Positions 9,246 through 18,661 of a DNA stretch of 53,181 nucleotides are shown here, piece by piece. The position numbers and the translations under genes are program-made. This DNA is from Gammaproteobacteria bacterium. Lineage in GTDB: Bacteria > Pseudomonadota > Gammaproteobacteria > Pseudomonadales > Azotimanducaceae. The stretch lies in the NCBI GenBank assembly GCA_032124855.1, contig JAQBCT010000376.1:1-53181 (forward strand). Direction: 5' to 3'. The notes below the pieces were generated by a model that saw only the letters and a program-made list of their open reading frames with translations, was not told where the DNA came from and ran no database searches. Positions within the stretch are counted from its first letter, which is position 1; each line of letters starts with the position of its first letter.

Positions 9246-9662
9246 ATGACACAAACTGATCTGGTGATGCAGTCGTTCGAGGTTGCCGCCGAGCGGGACG
9301 GCGATGTCACCCAGCCCGTCTACGAGCGCTACTTCGCGAGCTGCCCAGGTTCCAGGCAGCTGATGAGTCATATCGACGGCTATGTGCAGGGCCGCATGCT
9401 CGAGGAAGTCATTGAGTTGCTCTTGACCGCAGACCCCGCCGGCCTGCGTGACTATCTGCGCTTCGAAATGAAAACCCATCTGTCCTACGGGGTGGAATCG
9501 ACGATGTACCGCAATCTGTTCAGCGCGGTGCGCGACGTGGTGCGCGATGCGCTCGACTCGGACTGGGATGCAGCGTACGAGCAGGCGTGGGCACAGCGTA
9601 CTACCGCGTTGTTGGCAGAGATTGATGTCGCAGCCGAGGCCGCCGCAGGTGCAACTTCCTGA
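9246..9662 (+). CDS. Globin-like domain protein (putative)
   Basis: ATG at 9246 inside ORF 8919..9662. It is about 139 aa and looks all-helical (MTQTDLVMQSFEVAAERDGDV..., candidate proximal His in MKTHLSYGV). The family assignment is tentative. Confidence 0.45.
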   Translation: MTQTDLVMQSFEVAAERDGDVTQPVYERYFASCPGSRQLMSHIDGYVQGRMLEEVIELLLTADPAGLRDYLRFEMKTHLSYGVESTMYRNLFSAVRDVVRDALDSDWDAAYEQAWAQRTTALLAEIDVAAEAAAGATS

Positions 9663-10180
9663 TGAATAGCCCGAGGCGGGTGCTGGGCTTGCCCGGCCGC
9701 GACGCCGCAACCGAGGCATGGCTGACCGCGCTGTTGAACTCGCTCGACATCGGCGCCTGTGATATCCGAGTGCAGCGCTATCGGTTCTGGGCAGATCCAT
9801 CGTTGCCGCTGGATCCCGCTGTGGAAGCTGAAATCGCCGCGCAGTTACCACCAGATCTGCTGGTCGCCAAGTCGTTCGGCACCATCGTTGCAGTCACCGC
9901 GCACGTTGATCACGCGTTGCGTCCGCGCGCGAGTGTGTTCATCGGCACGCCGCTGGTGGCCTACACCGACGACCGATTGCGCGCATTGCGCAGCTATTGT
10001 GCCGCTGCTCGCGTGCTGTTCATTCAACAAACCAACGACATGACTGGGTCGCATGCAGACCTTGCCGCGATCGTCGCAACGCAGCCCGGCTGTGTTGTCG
10101 TCGAAGTGCCGGGTGGAGACCACGTGTACAGCGATATCGGCGACCAGAGCGCGGTGATCTCGGCATGGTGCAATCGCTAG
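9662..10180 (+). CDS. Small alpha/beta-hydrolase-fold protein (putative)
   Basis: ORF 9662..10180, with its start overlapping the previous stop (TGATG). A candidate Ser-Asp-His triad is present: AKSFGT, NDMTG, GGDHVY. Confidence 0.5.
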   Translation: MNSPRRVLGLPGRDAATEAWLTALLNSLDIGACDIRVQRYRFWADPSLPLDPAVEAEIAAQLPPDLLVAKSFGTIVAVTAHVDHALRPRASVFIGTPLVAYTDDRLRALRSYCAAARVLFIQQTNDMTGSHADLAAIVATQPGCVVVEVPGGDHVYSDIGDQSAVISAWCNR

Positions 10181-10188
10181 CTGTGACC

Positions 10189-11928
10189 CTAGAACCCGTT
10201 TTCGGCTGACGGTGGCGTCAGCGCATGCAGCGACGCAGCGCGCTGTGCCTCGACCAGTTCGCGCACGGAGTCTGTGGGCAATCCCATTTTCTCTAACAAC
10301 ACCTGGCCCAGCTGCAGGCCCGCTTCCAGCACCTCGGGAATGACGGCGGTTGCGCCCGCGGTGAGCAGCTCTGCTGCGTGGTCGCTGTCGTGTGCGCGCA
10401 CCAGAATCGGCAGCGTTGGCACCAGCGCGCGCGCCAGACTCAGCACGCGTTGTGCCGCGTCGGGGTCGTCGGTGGTGATGACGAGCGCAATCGCCTGGGG
10501 CAAGTGCAGGCGCTCCAGCACACCCGGCCGCGTCGCGTCGCCGAAGTAGACCGGTGAACCCTGGGTTCGCCAACGACTTACTCGAGTCGCGTCCAGATCC
10601 AATGCAACGTAAGGAACCTTCTGCCGGTCGAGCAGCTGCGCGATCACTCGTCCGGTGCGGCCGTAGCCGACGATGACCGCGTGGCCGTCCACGGCGTCCA
10701 CCACCAGCTCGGGGGTTTCCGCCGGCGCCGACGATGCTTCGAATGCGGCGCCGATACTGCGCGCCAGCTTGGCCACCAGCGGCGTCAGCAGCAGCGTGGC
10801 GCTGACCACGATCAGCATGAACTGTGCGGTGGCCGCGGGAAACAGCGTCAGACTCACTGCCAGCCCAATGGCGACGAAGGCGAATTCACCGCCCTGCCCC
10901 AACAGCAGCCCCATCTCCGTGGCTTGCCCCCACGTGTACCCGAACGCGCGTGCAATCAGTGTGGTGATCACGGTCTTGAGGATGAACAGACCCGCTACGG
11001 ATGCGGCGATCATCAGCGGATCCGCAGCGATGGCGGCCAAATCGATCGCCATGCCCACGGTGATGAAAAACAGGCCGAGCAGCAGACCCTTGAACGGTTC
11101 GATATTCACTTCTATTTCGTGGCGGTACTCGGTTTCCGCCAGCAGCAGCCCCGCGAGAAATGCGCCGAGTGCCGCCGACAGCCCTGCCGCATGCGTTAGC
11201 GCAGCTGTTGCAAGAATCACGAGCAGCGTGACGGCCATGAAGGGTTCCGGGCTGCGGGTCTCGCTGGCGAAGCGAAACAACGGACGCAACACCAATCGGC
11301 CGATGCCCAGAATCAGTGCAACGGCAAGCGCAGCTGCACCGAGTGCGTAGCCGATTGAAAGGGCCAGATCATGGCTGCGCGCGCCGAGCGCGCCGACGAG
11401 CAACAGGATGGGTACCACGGCGATATCCTGCGCCAACAATACCGCGAAGCTGCCCCGCCCGACTGGGCTGCCGAAACGACCCTGCTCGGTGAGCAACTGC
11501 ATCACCACGGCCGTGGAGGACAACGCCAGACAGGCGCCGAGCACAATCGACATCTCTACGGGATTGCCGAAATGTGCGGCAATCACCCCGATCACCGCGG
11601 CGGTGAAGATGATCTGCGCGAATCCCATGCCGAACACGAGCCGCCGCAATGCCCACAGGCGCTCCAGTGACAGCTCGAGGCCGATCATGAACAGCAGGAA
11701 TACCACGCCGAGCTCGGCTAGCGCCCGCACCCCAGCGGGGTCGGTGATCAGCACGACGGAGAGCCAGCCGAAGCTATCTGCGAAACGCGCGAGCCCAAAC
11801 GGACCCACGGCCAGGCCCACCAGCAGAAAGCCGAGTACACCGCTGATGCGGAATCGTTTGACGATGGGAATGATGATGCCGGCGGCAGCGAGAAATACGA
11901 CGGCGTCGTGCAGCTTCAGTTCTTCCAT
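10189..11928 (-). CDS. Monovalent cation:proton antiporter-2 (Kef-type K+ efflux) with TrkA-N domain
   Basis: I chose the internal ATG at 11928 (MEELKLHDAVVFLAAAG) in ORF 10189..12009. It has a polytopic membrane domain followed by the Rossmann GxGxxG motif VIVGYGRTGR. Confidence 0.85.
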   Translation of the reverse strand: MEELKLHDAVVFLAAAGIIIPIVKRFRISGVLGFLLVGLAVGPFGLARFADSFGWLSVVLITDPAGVRALAELGVVFLLFMIGLELSLERLWALRRLVFGMGFAQIIFTAAVIGVIAAHFGNPVEMSIVLGACLALSSTAVVMQLLTEQGRFGSPVGRGSFAVLLAQDIAVVPILLLVGALGARSHDLALSIGYALGAAALAVALILGIGRLVLRPLFRFASETRSPEPFMAVTLLVILATAALTHAAGLSAALGAFLAGLLLAETEYRHEIEVNIEPFKGLLLGLFFITVGMAIDLAAIAADPLMIAASVAGLFILKTVITTLIARAFGYTWGQATEMGLLLGQGGEFAFVAIGLAVSLTLFPAATAQFMLIVVSATLLLTPLVAKLARSIGAAFEASSAPAETPELVVDAVDGHAVIVGYGRTGRVIAQLLDRQKVPYVALDLDATRVSRWRTQGSPVYFGDATRPGVLERLHLPQAIALVITTDDPDAAQRVLSLARALVPTLPILVRAHDSDHAAELLTAGATAVIPEVLEAGLQLGQVLLEKMGLPTDSVRELVEAQRAASLHALTPPSAENGF

Positions 11929-12030
11929 GGCGCCACTGTACGACACTCCGGACGCAATGCTGTGTTGTGATAGCCTGCCGCAGGCCCGTTGTTCGTCGCG
12001 TTGCGCCACCGCTATGAGAGCAGATCAGCC

Positions 12031-13299
12031 ATGAGCCTCACCGTCAGAATTCTCATCGGCATGGCCGTTGGCGTGACACTCGGCATTGCCGTACAGCAAT
12101 CGGGAGTTGGCGCCGATCACTGGCTCTACACCTTCTTCATCAACGGCGTGATGTTCGTGGGTGGCAAGGTCTTCATCGCCTCGTTGATGTTGATGGTGGT
12201 GCCGCTGGTATTCGTTTCGCTGGTGTGCGGGTCGAGCTCACTATCGGACGGCGCCAGCATGGGACGCCTCGGTGGCAAAACCCTGGCGTTGTATCTGGTG
12301 ACCACCGCATCGGCGATCACGCTTGCGCTGGTGTGTGCATTACTCATCGCGCCAGGCAAAGGTGCGCACAACGCAGCGTTACCCAGCGACTACACCGCAC
12401 CCCCCGCCCCGCCGCTTACCCAGGTGATCATCGACATATTCCCCACCAATCCCGTGGCGGCAATGGCCGAGGGCAACATGCTGCAGATCATCGTATTCGC
12501 CATTCTGCTGGGCATTGCGATGGCGCATGCCGGCGAGCGCGGCGCGCGTCTGCGCGGCATCTTCGACGACCTCAATGAAGTGCTGATGCGGCTCATCGCC
12601 ATGTTGATTGAACTGGCGCCCTACGGGGTCGTCTGCCTGATGACCAAACTCTTCGCTGAAGTGGGGTGGGAGGAAATTCTCAAGCTCGGCAAATATTTCG
12701 GCACTGTCGTGCTCGCGCTCGTCCTGCACATCACGATTGTCTATCCACTGCTGCTGTTGCTGCTGGGCCGGCTCAATCCGAAAACCTTCTTCAGCAAAAT
12801 GCGCCAGCCCATGCTGGTGGCGTTCAGCACATCCTCCAGCGGTGCGACGCTGCCGGTGACATTGCGCACGGTCGAGCATCGTCTCGGCGTGCACAACGAG
12901 GTGGCGGCGTTTGCCATCCCGCTGGGCGCCACCATCAACATGGATGGCACGGCCATCATGCAGGGCGTGGCCACGGTGTTCATCGCGCAGTTCTTTGGTA
13001 TCGGCTTGGAGCTGAACGACTACCTCATGGTGATCCTGACGGCGACACTCGCATCCATCGGCACCGCGGCCGTACCCGGTGTCGGATTGGTGATGCTGGC
13101 GATGGTGCTCAAGCAGGTGGGTCTGCCGGTGGAGGGCATCATGCTCATCATCGGTGTGGATCGCCTGCTCGACATGATGCGCACCGCCGTCAACGTCACC
13201 GGTGACTCCATGGTCGCCTGTCTGGTGGCGAACAGTGAGGGACGCCTGGACCGGGCGAAATTCGACGACCCCACGGCGGGCATTGAGGACGAAGCCTGA
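12031..13299 (+). CDS. Dicarboxylate/amino acid:cation symporter (DAACS family)
   Basis: ATG at 12031 in ORF 11989..13299. Signature AIPLGATINMDGTAIMQG is present, and the protein is polytopic. Confidence 0.85.
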   Translation: MSLTVRILIGMAVGVTLGIAVQQSGVGADHWLYTFFINGVMFVGGKVFIASLMLMVVPLVFVSLVCGSSSLSDGASMGRLGGKTLALYLVTTASAITLALVCALLIAPGKGAHNAALPSDYTAPPAPPLTQVIIDIFPTNPVAAMAEGNMLQIIVFAILLGIAMAHAGERGARLRGIFDDLNEVLMRLIAMLIELAPYGVVCLMTKLFAEVGWEEILKLGKYFGTVVLALVLHITIVYPLLLLLLGRLNPKTFFSKMRQPMLVAFSTSSSGATLPVTLRTVEHRLGVHNEVAAFAIPLGATINMDGTAIMQGVATVFIAQFFGIGLELNDYLMVILTATLASIGTAAVPGVGLVMLAMVLKQVGLPVEGIMLIIGVDRLLDMMRTAVNVTGDSMVACLVANSEGRLDRAKFDDPTAGIEDEA

Positions 13300-13385
13300 C
13301 GCGCTGATCGTGCCGACTGGGTCACGGTTTCGTTACCACACGTAGCGAAACGTGGACATCTGCGCCCGAAGCCCTAGTATTGGCC

Positions 13386-13406
13386 GGACCAAATTGGTCC
13401 GACCAA
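13386..13406. promoter_or_regulatory. FadR/GntR-type operator candidate (two overlapping palindromes)
   Basis: GGACCAA-A-TTGGTCC (13386-13400) overlaps TTGGTC-C-GACCAA (13394-13406). It lies 6 nt upstream of the GntR start. The TGGTCCGACCA core resembles the E. coli FadR operator core TGGTCCGAC. Confidence 0.5.
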
Positions 13407-13411
13407 GCGCC

Positions 13412-14149
13412 ATGAACGAAACCCGCCACGAATCCATCGCGGATGAACTGACCGACGAGATCCTGCGCGGCCGCTACCGGCCCGGTGATCGTCTGCCGTC
13501 TGAGCGAGAGCTCGCTGCTCGATACGGCGTCAATCGGGGCACGGTGCGCGAAGCGATCAAAAAACTCGAACAGCTGGGCCTGGCCCACGTACTCCCCGGT
13601 GGCGCGCGCGTGCTGCCGCTCGAAGAGGCCAGCCTCGATGTGATCGGCCCGCTGCTTGCGCTGAACGAGCTGCCCGATGCCCAACTCGTGGAGCAGATGC
13701 TCACGGTAATGAGCGCGCTGATGAAGGTAGCCGCCCAACAAGCGATGCACCGGGCCAGTGATGAACAGATAGATACGGCTCGCGCACTCATCGCGCGGCT
13801 GCGTGACAAACGGCTGGGACCTGACGAGCGCATTCAGATCCGCCACGAACTGGGCCGTCAGTTCATGACGATGAGCGGCAATCTGGTACTCATGCTCATT
13901 GCGCGCGCGCTGCGGATGCAGATCTTTGCCGGCGACGCCCGCACGGCCAGCCTGATCCACGGCGCCGACGACCAGGACGTTTATCTGCAGCGTATGGATG
14001 AGGCGCTGTCGTCGCGCGACGCCGACGCTGCGGTTGCGACGCTGCAGGCAGTGATCGATCTCAACCAGCGACAAGTTCTCAACGCGCTGCGCGCCGCGCA
14101 CGCGAACGGCAACGGTGTCGATGATGGTCACAGGAAGCTCGCATCATGA
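13412..14149 (+). CDS. GntR family transcriptional regulator (FadR/FCD subfamily)
   Basis: ATG at 13412 in ORF 13352..14149. Winged-helix block: RYRPGDRLPSERELAARYGVNRGTVREAIKKLEQLGL. The C-terminal domain is all-helical. Confidence 0.85.
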   Translation: MNETRHESIADELTDEILRGRYRPGDRLPSERELAARYGVNRGTVREAIKKLEQLGLAHVLPGGARVLPLEEASLDVIGPLLALNELPDAQLVEQMLTVMSALMKVAAQQAMHRASDEQIDTARALIARLRDKRLGPDERIQIRHELGRQFMTMSGNLVLMLIARALRMQIFAGDARTASLIHGADDQDVYLQRMDEALSSRDADAAVATLQAVIDLNQRQVLNALRAAHANGNGVDDGHRKLAS

Positions 14150-15315
14150 TCCGCAAATTGATTATCCCCGCCGCCGTTGTGGCCATATCCATCTTTGGCG
14201 CGATGACGCTGCTGGCGACCAGCCCGAAGCTGACGCCCACGGCGCCGACGCCCATTGCCACCACGGTGCGCGTGATCACGGCAGACCCTCATCCCGTGGT
14301 ACTGCAGGTAAATTCCCAGGGCACCGTCATGCCCAGCACGGAGTCCGATTTGATTCCCGAAGTGTCGGGCAAGGTCAGCTGGATCTCCCCTGCGCTCGTG
14401 GCGGGTGGCTATTTTGAGCAGGGCGACGTGCTGCTGCGCCTGGAGGACAAGGACTATCGCGCCAACGTCGAGCGCGCACGCGCTGGCGTGAATCGCAGCA
14501 AGGCCGAGTACGAGCACGCACGTTTCGAATACCAGCGCCTGCAAAGCCTGGAGGCGCGCCAGCTGGTATCACGTTCGCAACTCGAAAATTCGCTGCGCGC
14601 CTATCGCGTTGCGGAGGCGACCGTGCGCGACAGCGTGGCGGCGTTGGAGCAGGCCGAGCGGGATCTGACACGCACCGAGCTGCACGCGCCATTTGCCGGC
14701 CTCGTGCGCAGCGAAGCGGTCGACATCGGTCAGTTCGTTGGCCGTGGCGCAGCGATCGCAAAAATCTACGCCACACAGGATGTCGAAGTGCGTCTGCCCA
14801 TCGCGGACCGCCAGCTGGCCTATCTCGATCTGCCGGTGGGGCACCGCGGCGAGCTGCCGCTGGATGCGCAACCCAACGTGACGCTCACGGCCGACTACGC
14901 CGGACAGCAGTTGACCTGGCAGGGGCGGGTGGTTCGGGCGGAGGCGGCGATCGACATCAAAAGCCGGATGGTGCATGTCGTTGCGCGCGTGGACAACGTC
15001 GCCCAGGCCGCGCCGTTGAGCGTCGGTCTGTTCGTGGATGCGCAGATTGAGGGACGACTTGCTCAGAACGTGGTGGTGCTGCCGCGCATCGCATTGCGCG
15101 AAGGTGATCGCGTGCTCATCGTCGATGCGCAGGACAAGATGCGTTTTCGCGACGTGACCTTGCTGCGGCTGTGGGGCGATGAGGTGCTCATCGACGGTGG
15201 CATCACGGCCGGTGAGCGTGTCTGTGTGTCGCCCATTCAGACCGCCATTGATGGCATGTCTGTCGCGCCGATTGAAGAGCCGGCGGCGCGCGCTGCAGCC
15301 GCTGCCGCCACCTGA
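14146..15315 (+). CDS. Efflux RND periplasmic adaptor (membrane fusion protein)
   Basis: ORF 14146..15315, with an ATGA overlap onto the GntR stop. It has an N-terminal TM/signal segment, a coiled-coil hairpin region and beta-barrel-like domains typical of MFPs. Confidence 0.85.
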   Translation: MIRKLIIPAAVVAISIFGAMTLLATSPKLTPTAPTPIATTVRVITADPHPVVLQVNSQGTVMPSTESDLIPEVSGKVSWISPALVAGGYFEQGDVLLRLEDKDYRANVERARAGVNRSKAEYEHARFEYQRLQSLEARQLVSRSQLENSLRAYRVAEATVRDSVAALEQAERDLTRTELHAPFAGLVRSEAVDIGQFVGRGAAIAKIYATQDVEVRLPIADRQLAYLDLPVGHRGELPLDAQPNVTLTADYAGQQLTWQGRVVRAEAAIDIKSRMVHVVARVDNVAQAAPLSVGLFVDAQIEGRLAQNVVVLPRIALREGDRVLIVDAQDKMRFRDVTLLRLWGDEVLIDGGITAGERVCVSPIQTAIDGMSVAPIEEPAARAAAAAAT

Positions 15316-15330
15316 TCTCGAGTTCAACCG

Positions 15331-18300
15331 ATGTATACCGCCATCTCCTGGTTCGCACGCAACAGTGTCGCCGCCAATCTGTTGATGTTCGTATTTCTGG
15401 TCGCCGGCGGCATGGCGATGCTCACCGTACACCAGGAAGAGTTCCCGAATATCGACCCGGAAATCGTCACAATATCCGTGCCCTATCTCGGTGCCGCGCC
15501 CGAGGAAGTGGAGCAGGGCGTATGCATCCGCATTGAAGAGGCCGTAGAAGGCATTGACGGCATCGACAAGATTTACACCACCGCCAGCGAGGGCGTCTGT
15601 TCGGTGCGCATCGAGTTGACGGAAGACGCCAATGCCACCCGCACGCTAAATGAAATCAAGAGTCAGGTCGATGGCATCAATACCTTCCCGCTGGAAACCG
15701 AAAAGCCCATCGTCTCGAAGCTGGTGATCCGCAGCGGTGTGGTGCAACTCGCCGTGTCGGGCAAAACCGATGAACGAACGTTGAAGGAACTCGGGCGGCG
15801 CATTCGCGATGACATCGTGGCGATGGATGGCATCTCGCAGGTGGATCTCGCCTACGTGCGTCCGTATGAGATTTCCATCGAAGTATCGGAGTACACGCTG
15901 CGCCGCTATGGCCTGACGATGAATCAGGTGGCTGAGGCGATCCGGCGTACGTCGCTCGACATGCCAGGTGGTGTCATCAAAACCGAAGGCGGCGAGATTC
16001 TGCTGCGAACCAAGGGGCAGGCCTATCGCGGCGAGGAATTCGCAAGCGTCGTCGTATTGACGCGCGACGATGGCACGAAGGTGACGCTGGGCGAGATCAG
16101 TTCGATTCTCGACGGATTCGAGGAAGGCGATCTGCGCGCCCGATTCGACGGCGGTGATGCCGTGGTCGTGAAGGTCTCGCGGGTGGGCAAGGAAGACGTC
16201 ATCGACATGGCGAAGCAGGTGCGTGCCTACGTTGCCGAATTGCAGGCGACGCTGCCCGCCGGTCTGGATATCACGCTGTGGACGGACGAGTCCGAGGAAC
16301 TGCGTGCCCGGATCAATACGCTGGTCTACAACGCGCTGTCCGGCCTGGTGCTGGTGTTCGTCGTGTTGTCGCTGTTTCTGCGCTTTCGCCTGGCGCTGTG
16401 GGTAACCGCGGGCATCCCCATCGCGCTGCTCGGCACGATGGCAGTGTTTCCCTATATCGACTTCTCCATCAGTTCGTTGACAGTCATGGCGTTCATTCTG
16501 GTGCTCGGCATCGTCGTGGACGATGCCATCGTGGTGGGAGAACGGGTGCATGCGCACGAAGTGATGGGCAAGCCACCCATCACCGCGGCCATCGACGGCA
16601 CCTATGAAGTTTCTATTCCCGTGATCTTCGGCGTGCTGACTACGATGGCGGCGTTCATTCCGCTGATCGTCGTGCCCGGTCGTATGGGCAGTTTTTTCAA
16701 TGTGCTGGGCTGGGTGGTCATCATCAGTTTGATCTTCAGCCTCATCGAGTCGCAGTTGATCCTGCCGGCGCACCTGGCCAACCGCAAGCGCGAAACCGGT
16801 GAACGCGGCCACGGTGCGTGGACGCGCCTGCAGGACCGTCTGGGGGGTGGACTGGAACGGTTTGCGAGCAATGTCTACGAACCGTTTCTGGAGAGAGCAC
16901 TCGAATGGCGCTATGTCACCGCGGCAATCGGACTCGGCATTCTGATTCTCGCCATTGCGATGATCGCAAGCGGCCGGGTGATCTTTCAGTTCTTTCCACC
17001 CATCGAAGGCAATCGTCTCTACGCGACACTCGAATTGCCCGAAGGTGTTTCGGTGGAAACGACCATTCGTGCGGCAGAGCGCATCGAAGCGGCGGCCGAG
17101 AAATTGCGCGCGGAGTTGGACTCCGAGCACTCAGATGGCCAGCCGAGCACGATCCACCATGTGCTGACCAGCATCGGCACTGCGATTACGCGCGGCGGCC
17201 CGCCCCGCTTGAATGGCCCGGGCCGCAGCCATTTCGCGGAGGTCGCGCTTGAACTGGTGCCGCTGGCCGAACGCGACAATCTGAGTGCGAAAGTCGTCAA
17301 CGCACGCTGGCGTGAACTCACAGGCAGCATTCCCGATGTGGTGGAGCTGAGCTTCACGGCAGATGCGTTCTCGGCGGGAAATCCCATCGACTTTCAGCTC
17401 GCGGGACGTGATGTGACCGAGCTGCAGGCGGCAGCGGCCGAAATCCGCGCCGAACTTGGCCGCTACGATGCCGTATTCGACATCAGCGATTCGTTTCGTG
17501 CTGGTAAACAGGAAATCAAACTGAGCCTGTTGCCGGAGGCCCGCAACCTCGGCCTGACGCTCAACGATCTCGCCCAGCAGGTGCGGCACGCGTTCTACGG
17601 CGCTGAAGCACAGCGTATTCAACGCGGCCAGGACGACGTGCGCGTCATGGTGCGGCTGCCCGAAGACGAGCGCGAATCCATCGGCAATCTCGAGGATATG
17701 CGCATCCGCACGCCGGACGGCATCGAAGTGCCGTTTACCAGCGTGGCCGATGTGAGCCTGGGTCGCGGCTATTCGCGGATCAACCGCATCGATGCGCGGC
17801 GTGTGGTGAACGTCACGGCCGACATCGATCGTGAAATGGCGAGCCCCGAGGCGATCATCAACGGATTCATGAAAGGTGCATTGCCGGACATCTTGGCGAA
17901 GTACCCGGGTGTCTCATTGTCGCTGTCGGGTGAATCGAACGAGCGCGCGAAGGCGATGACAGGCCTGGCGCAGGCATCGATCCTCGCGCTGTTCATCATC
18001 TACACGTTGCTGGCTATTCCCTTGCGCTCCTACATCCAGCCGCTGGTGATTATGAGTGTGATCCCGTTCGGTGCGGTGGGCGCCATTCTGGGTCACTACA
18101 TCATGGGCTGGCCCCTGGTCTTCTTCTCCATGCTTGGCATCGTTGCGCTGTCGGGCGTCGTCGTGAATGCGAGCCTGGTGCTGGTCGACTATATGAACCG
18201 GCGCCGTCGTGAGAACGAGCCCCTCTTCGGCGCCGTCAGCATGGCGGGCGTCGCGCGGTTCCGGCCGATCGTGCTCACCTCTGTTACTACTTTCATTGGC

Positions 18301-18504
18301 CTGGCACCGCTGATGGTGCTGGCCAATCCTTCCACGGCGATGATCGTGCCGATGGCCATTTCGCTGGGATTCGGCGTGCTGTTCGCCACGGGTATCACAC
18401 TCATCCTTGTGCCGTGTCTGTATCTGATTGCCGAAGACTTCTTCCCCTGGCCTGATCTGGAGCGCGCGCGTGATATCGAGGCGCAGCAGGCGCAGTCGGT
18501 CTGA
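15331..18504 (+). CDS. RND efflux transporter permease (AcrB/AcrD/AcrF family)
   Basis: ORF 15331..18504 (1057 aa). It shows the 12-TM RND architecture with two large periplasmic loops and typical N-terminal sequence ISWFARNSVAANLLM. Confidence 0.9.
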   Translation: MYTAISWFARNSVAANLLMFVFLVAGGMAMLTVHQEEFPNIDPEIVTISVPYLGAAPEEVEQGVCIRIEEAVEGIDGIDKIYTTASEGVCSVRIELTEDANATRTLNEIKSQVDGINTFPLETEKPIVSKLVIRSGVVQLAVSGKTDERTLKELGRRIRDDIVAMDGISQVDLAYVRPYEISIEVSEYTLRRYGLTMNQVAEAIRRTSLDMPGGVIKTEGGEILLRTKGQAYRGEEFASVVVLTRDDGTKVTLGEISSILDGFEEGDLRARFDGGDAVVVKVSRVGKEDVIDMAKQVRAYVAELQATLPAGLDITLWTDESEELRARINTLVYNALSGLVLVFVVLSLFLRFRLALWVTAGIPIALLGTMAVFPYIDFSISSLTVMAFILVLGIVVDDAIVVGERVHAHEVMGKPPITAAIDGTYEVSIPVIFGVLTTMAAFIPLIVVPGRMGSFFNVLGWVVIISLIFSLIESQLILPAHLANRKRETGERGHGAWTRLQDRLGGGLERFASNVYEPFLERALEWRYVTAAIGLGILILAIAMIASGRVIFQFFPPIEGNRLYATLELPEGVSVETTIRAAERIEAAAEKLRAELDSEHSDGQPSTIHHVLTSIGTAITRGGPPRLNGPGRSHFAEVALELVPLAERDNLSAKVVNARWRELTGSIPDVVELSFTADAFSAGNPIDFQLAGRDVTELQAAAAEIRAELGRYDAVFDISDSFRAGKQEIKLSLLPEARNLGLTLNDLAQQVRHAFYGAEAQRIQRGQDDVRVMVRLPEDERESIGNLEDMRIRTPDGIEVPFTSVADVSLGRGYSRINRIDARRVVNVTADIDREMASPEAIINGFMKGALPDILAKYPGVSLSLSGESNERAKAMTGLAQASILALFIIYTLLAIPLRSYIQPLVIMSVIPFGAVGAILGHYIMGWPLVFFSMLGIVALSGVVVNASLVLVDYMNRRRRENEPLFGAVSMAGVARFRPIVLTSVTTFIGLAPLMVLANPSTAMIVPMAISLGFGVLFATGITLILVPCLYLIAEDFFPWPDLERARDIEAQQAQSV

Positions 18505-18512
18505 CGAAAATC

Positions 18513-18630
18513 GTAGGAGGGGCTTCAGCCCCGATCCCTGTTGCAGGCTACTCAAACAAAGATCGCGGCTGAAGCCGCTCCCACAACTTTCAATCGGACC
18601 TTTTGCGACACCCTCTGAAGCCCCTCCTAC
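18513..18630. repeat. Composite REP/MITE-like element, about 118 bp, with terminal inverted repeats
   Basis: GTAGGAGGGGCTTCAG (18513-18528) and its inverse CTGAAGCCCCTCCTAC (18615-18630) flank an internal inverted unit GATCGCGGCTGAAGCCGCTCCCACAA. It is homologous to the element at 27151-27266. Confidence 0.7.
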
Positions 18631-18661
18631 GAGACGGCGCCGGAACATTGCAGAACCCGCG

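Noticed and set aside
13300-13345. Possible terminator hairpin after the DAACS symporter gene (CACGT-AGCGAA-ACGTG region)
   Set aside because: Only about 5 bp pair cleanly, extensions need bulges, and there is no T-tract. This is too weak to call.
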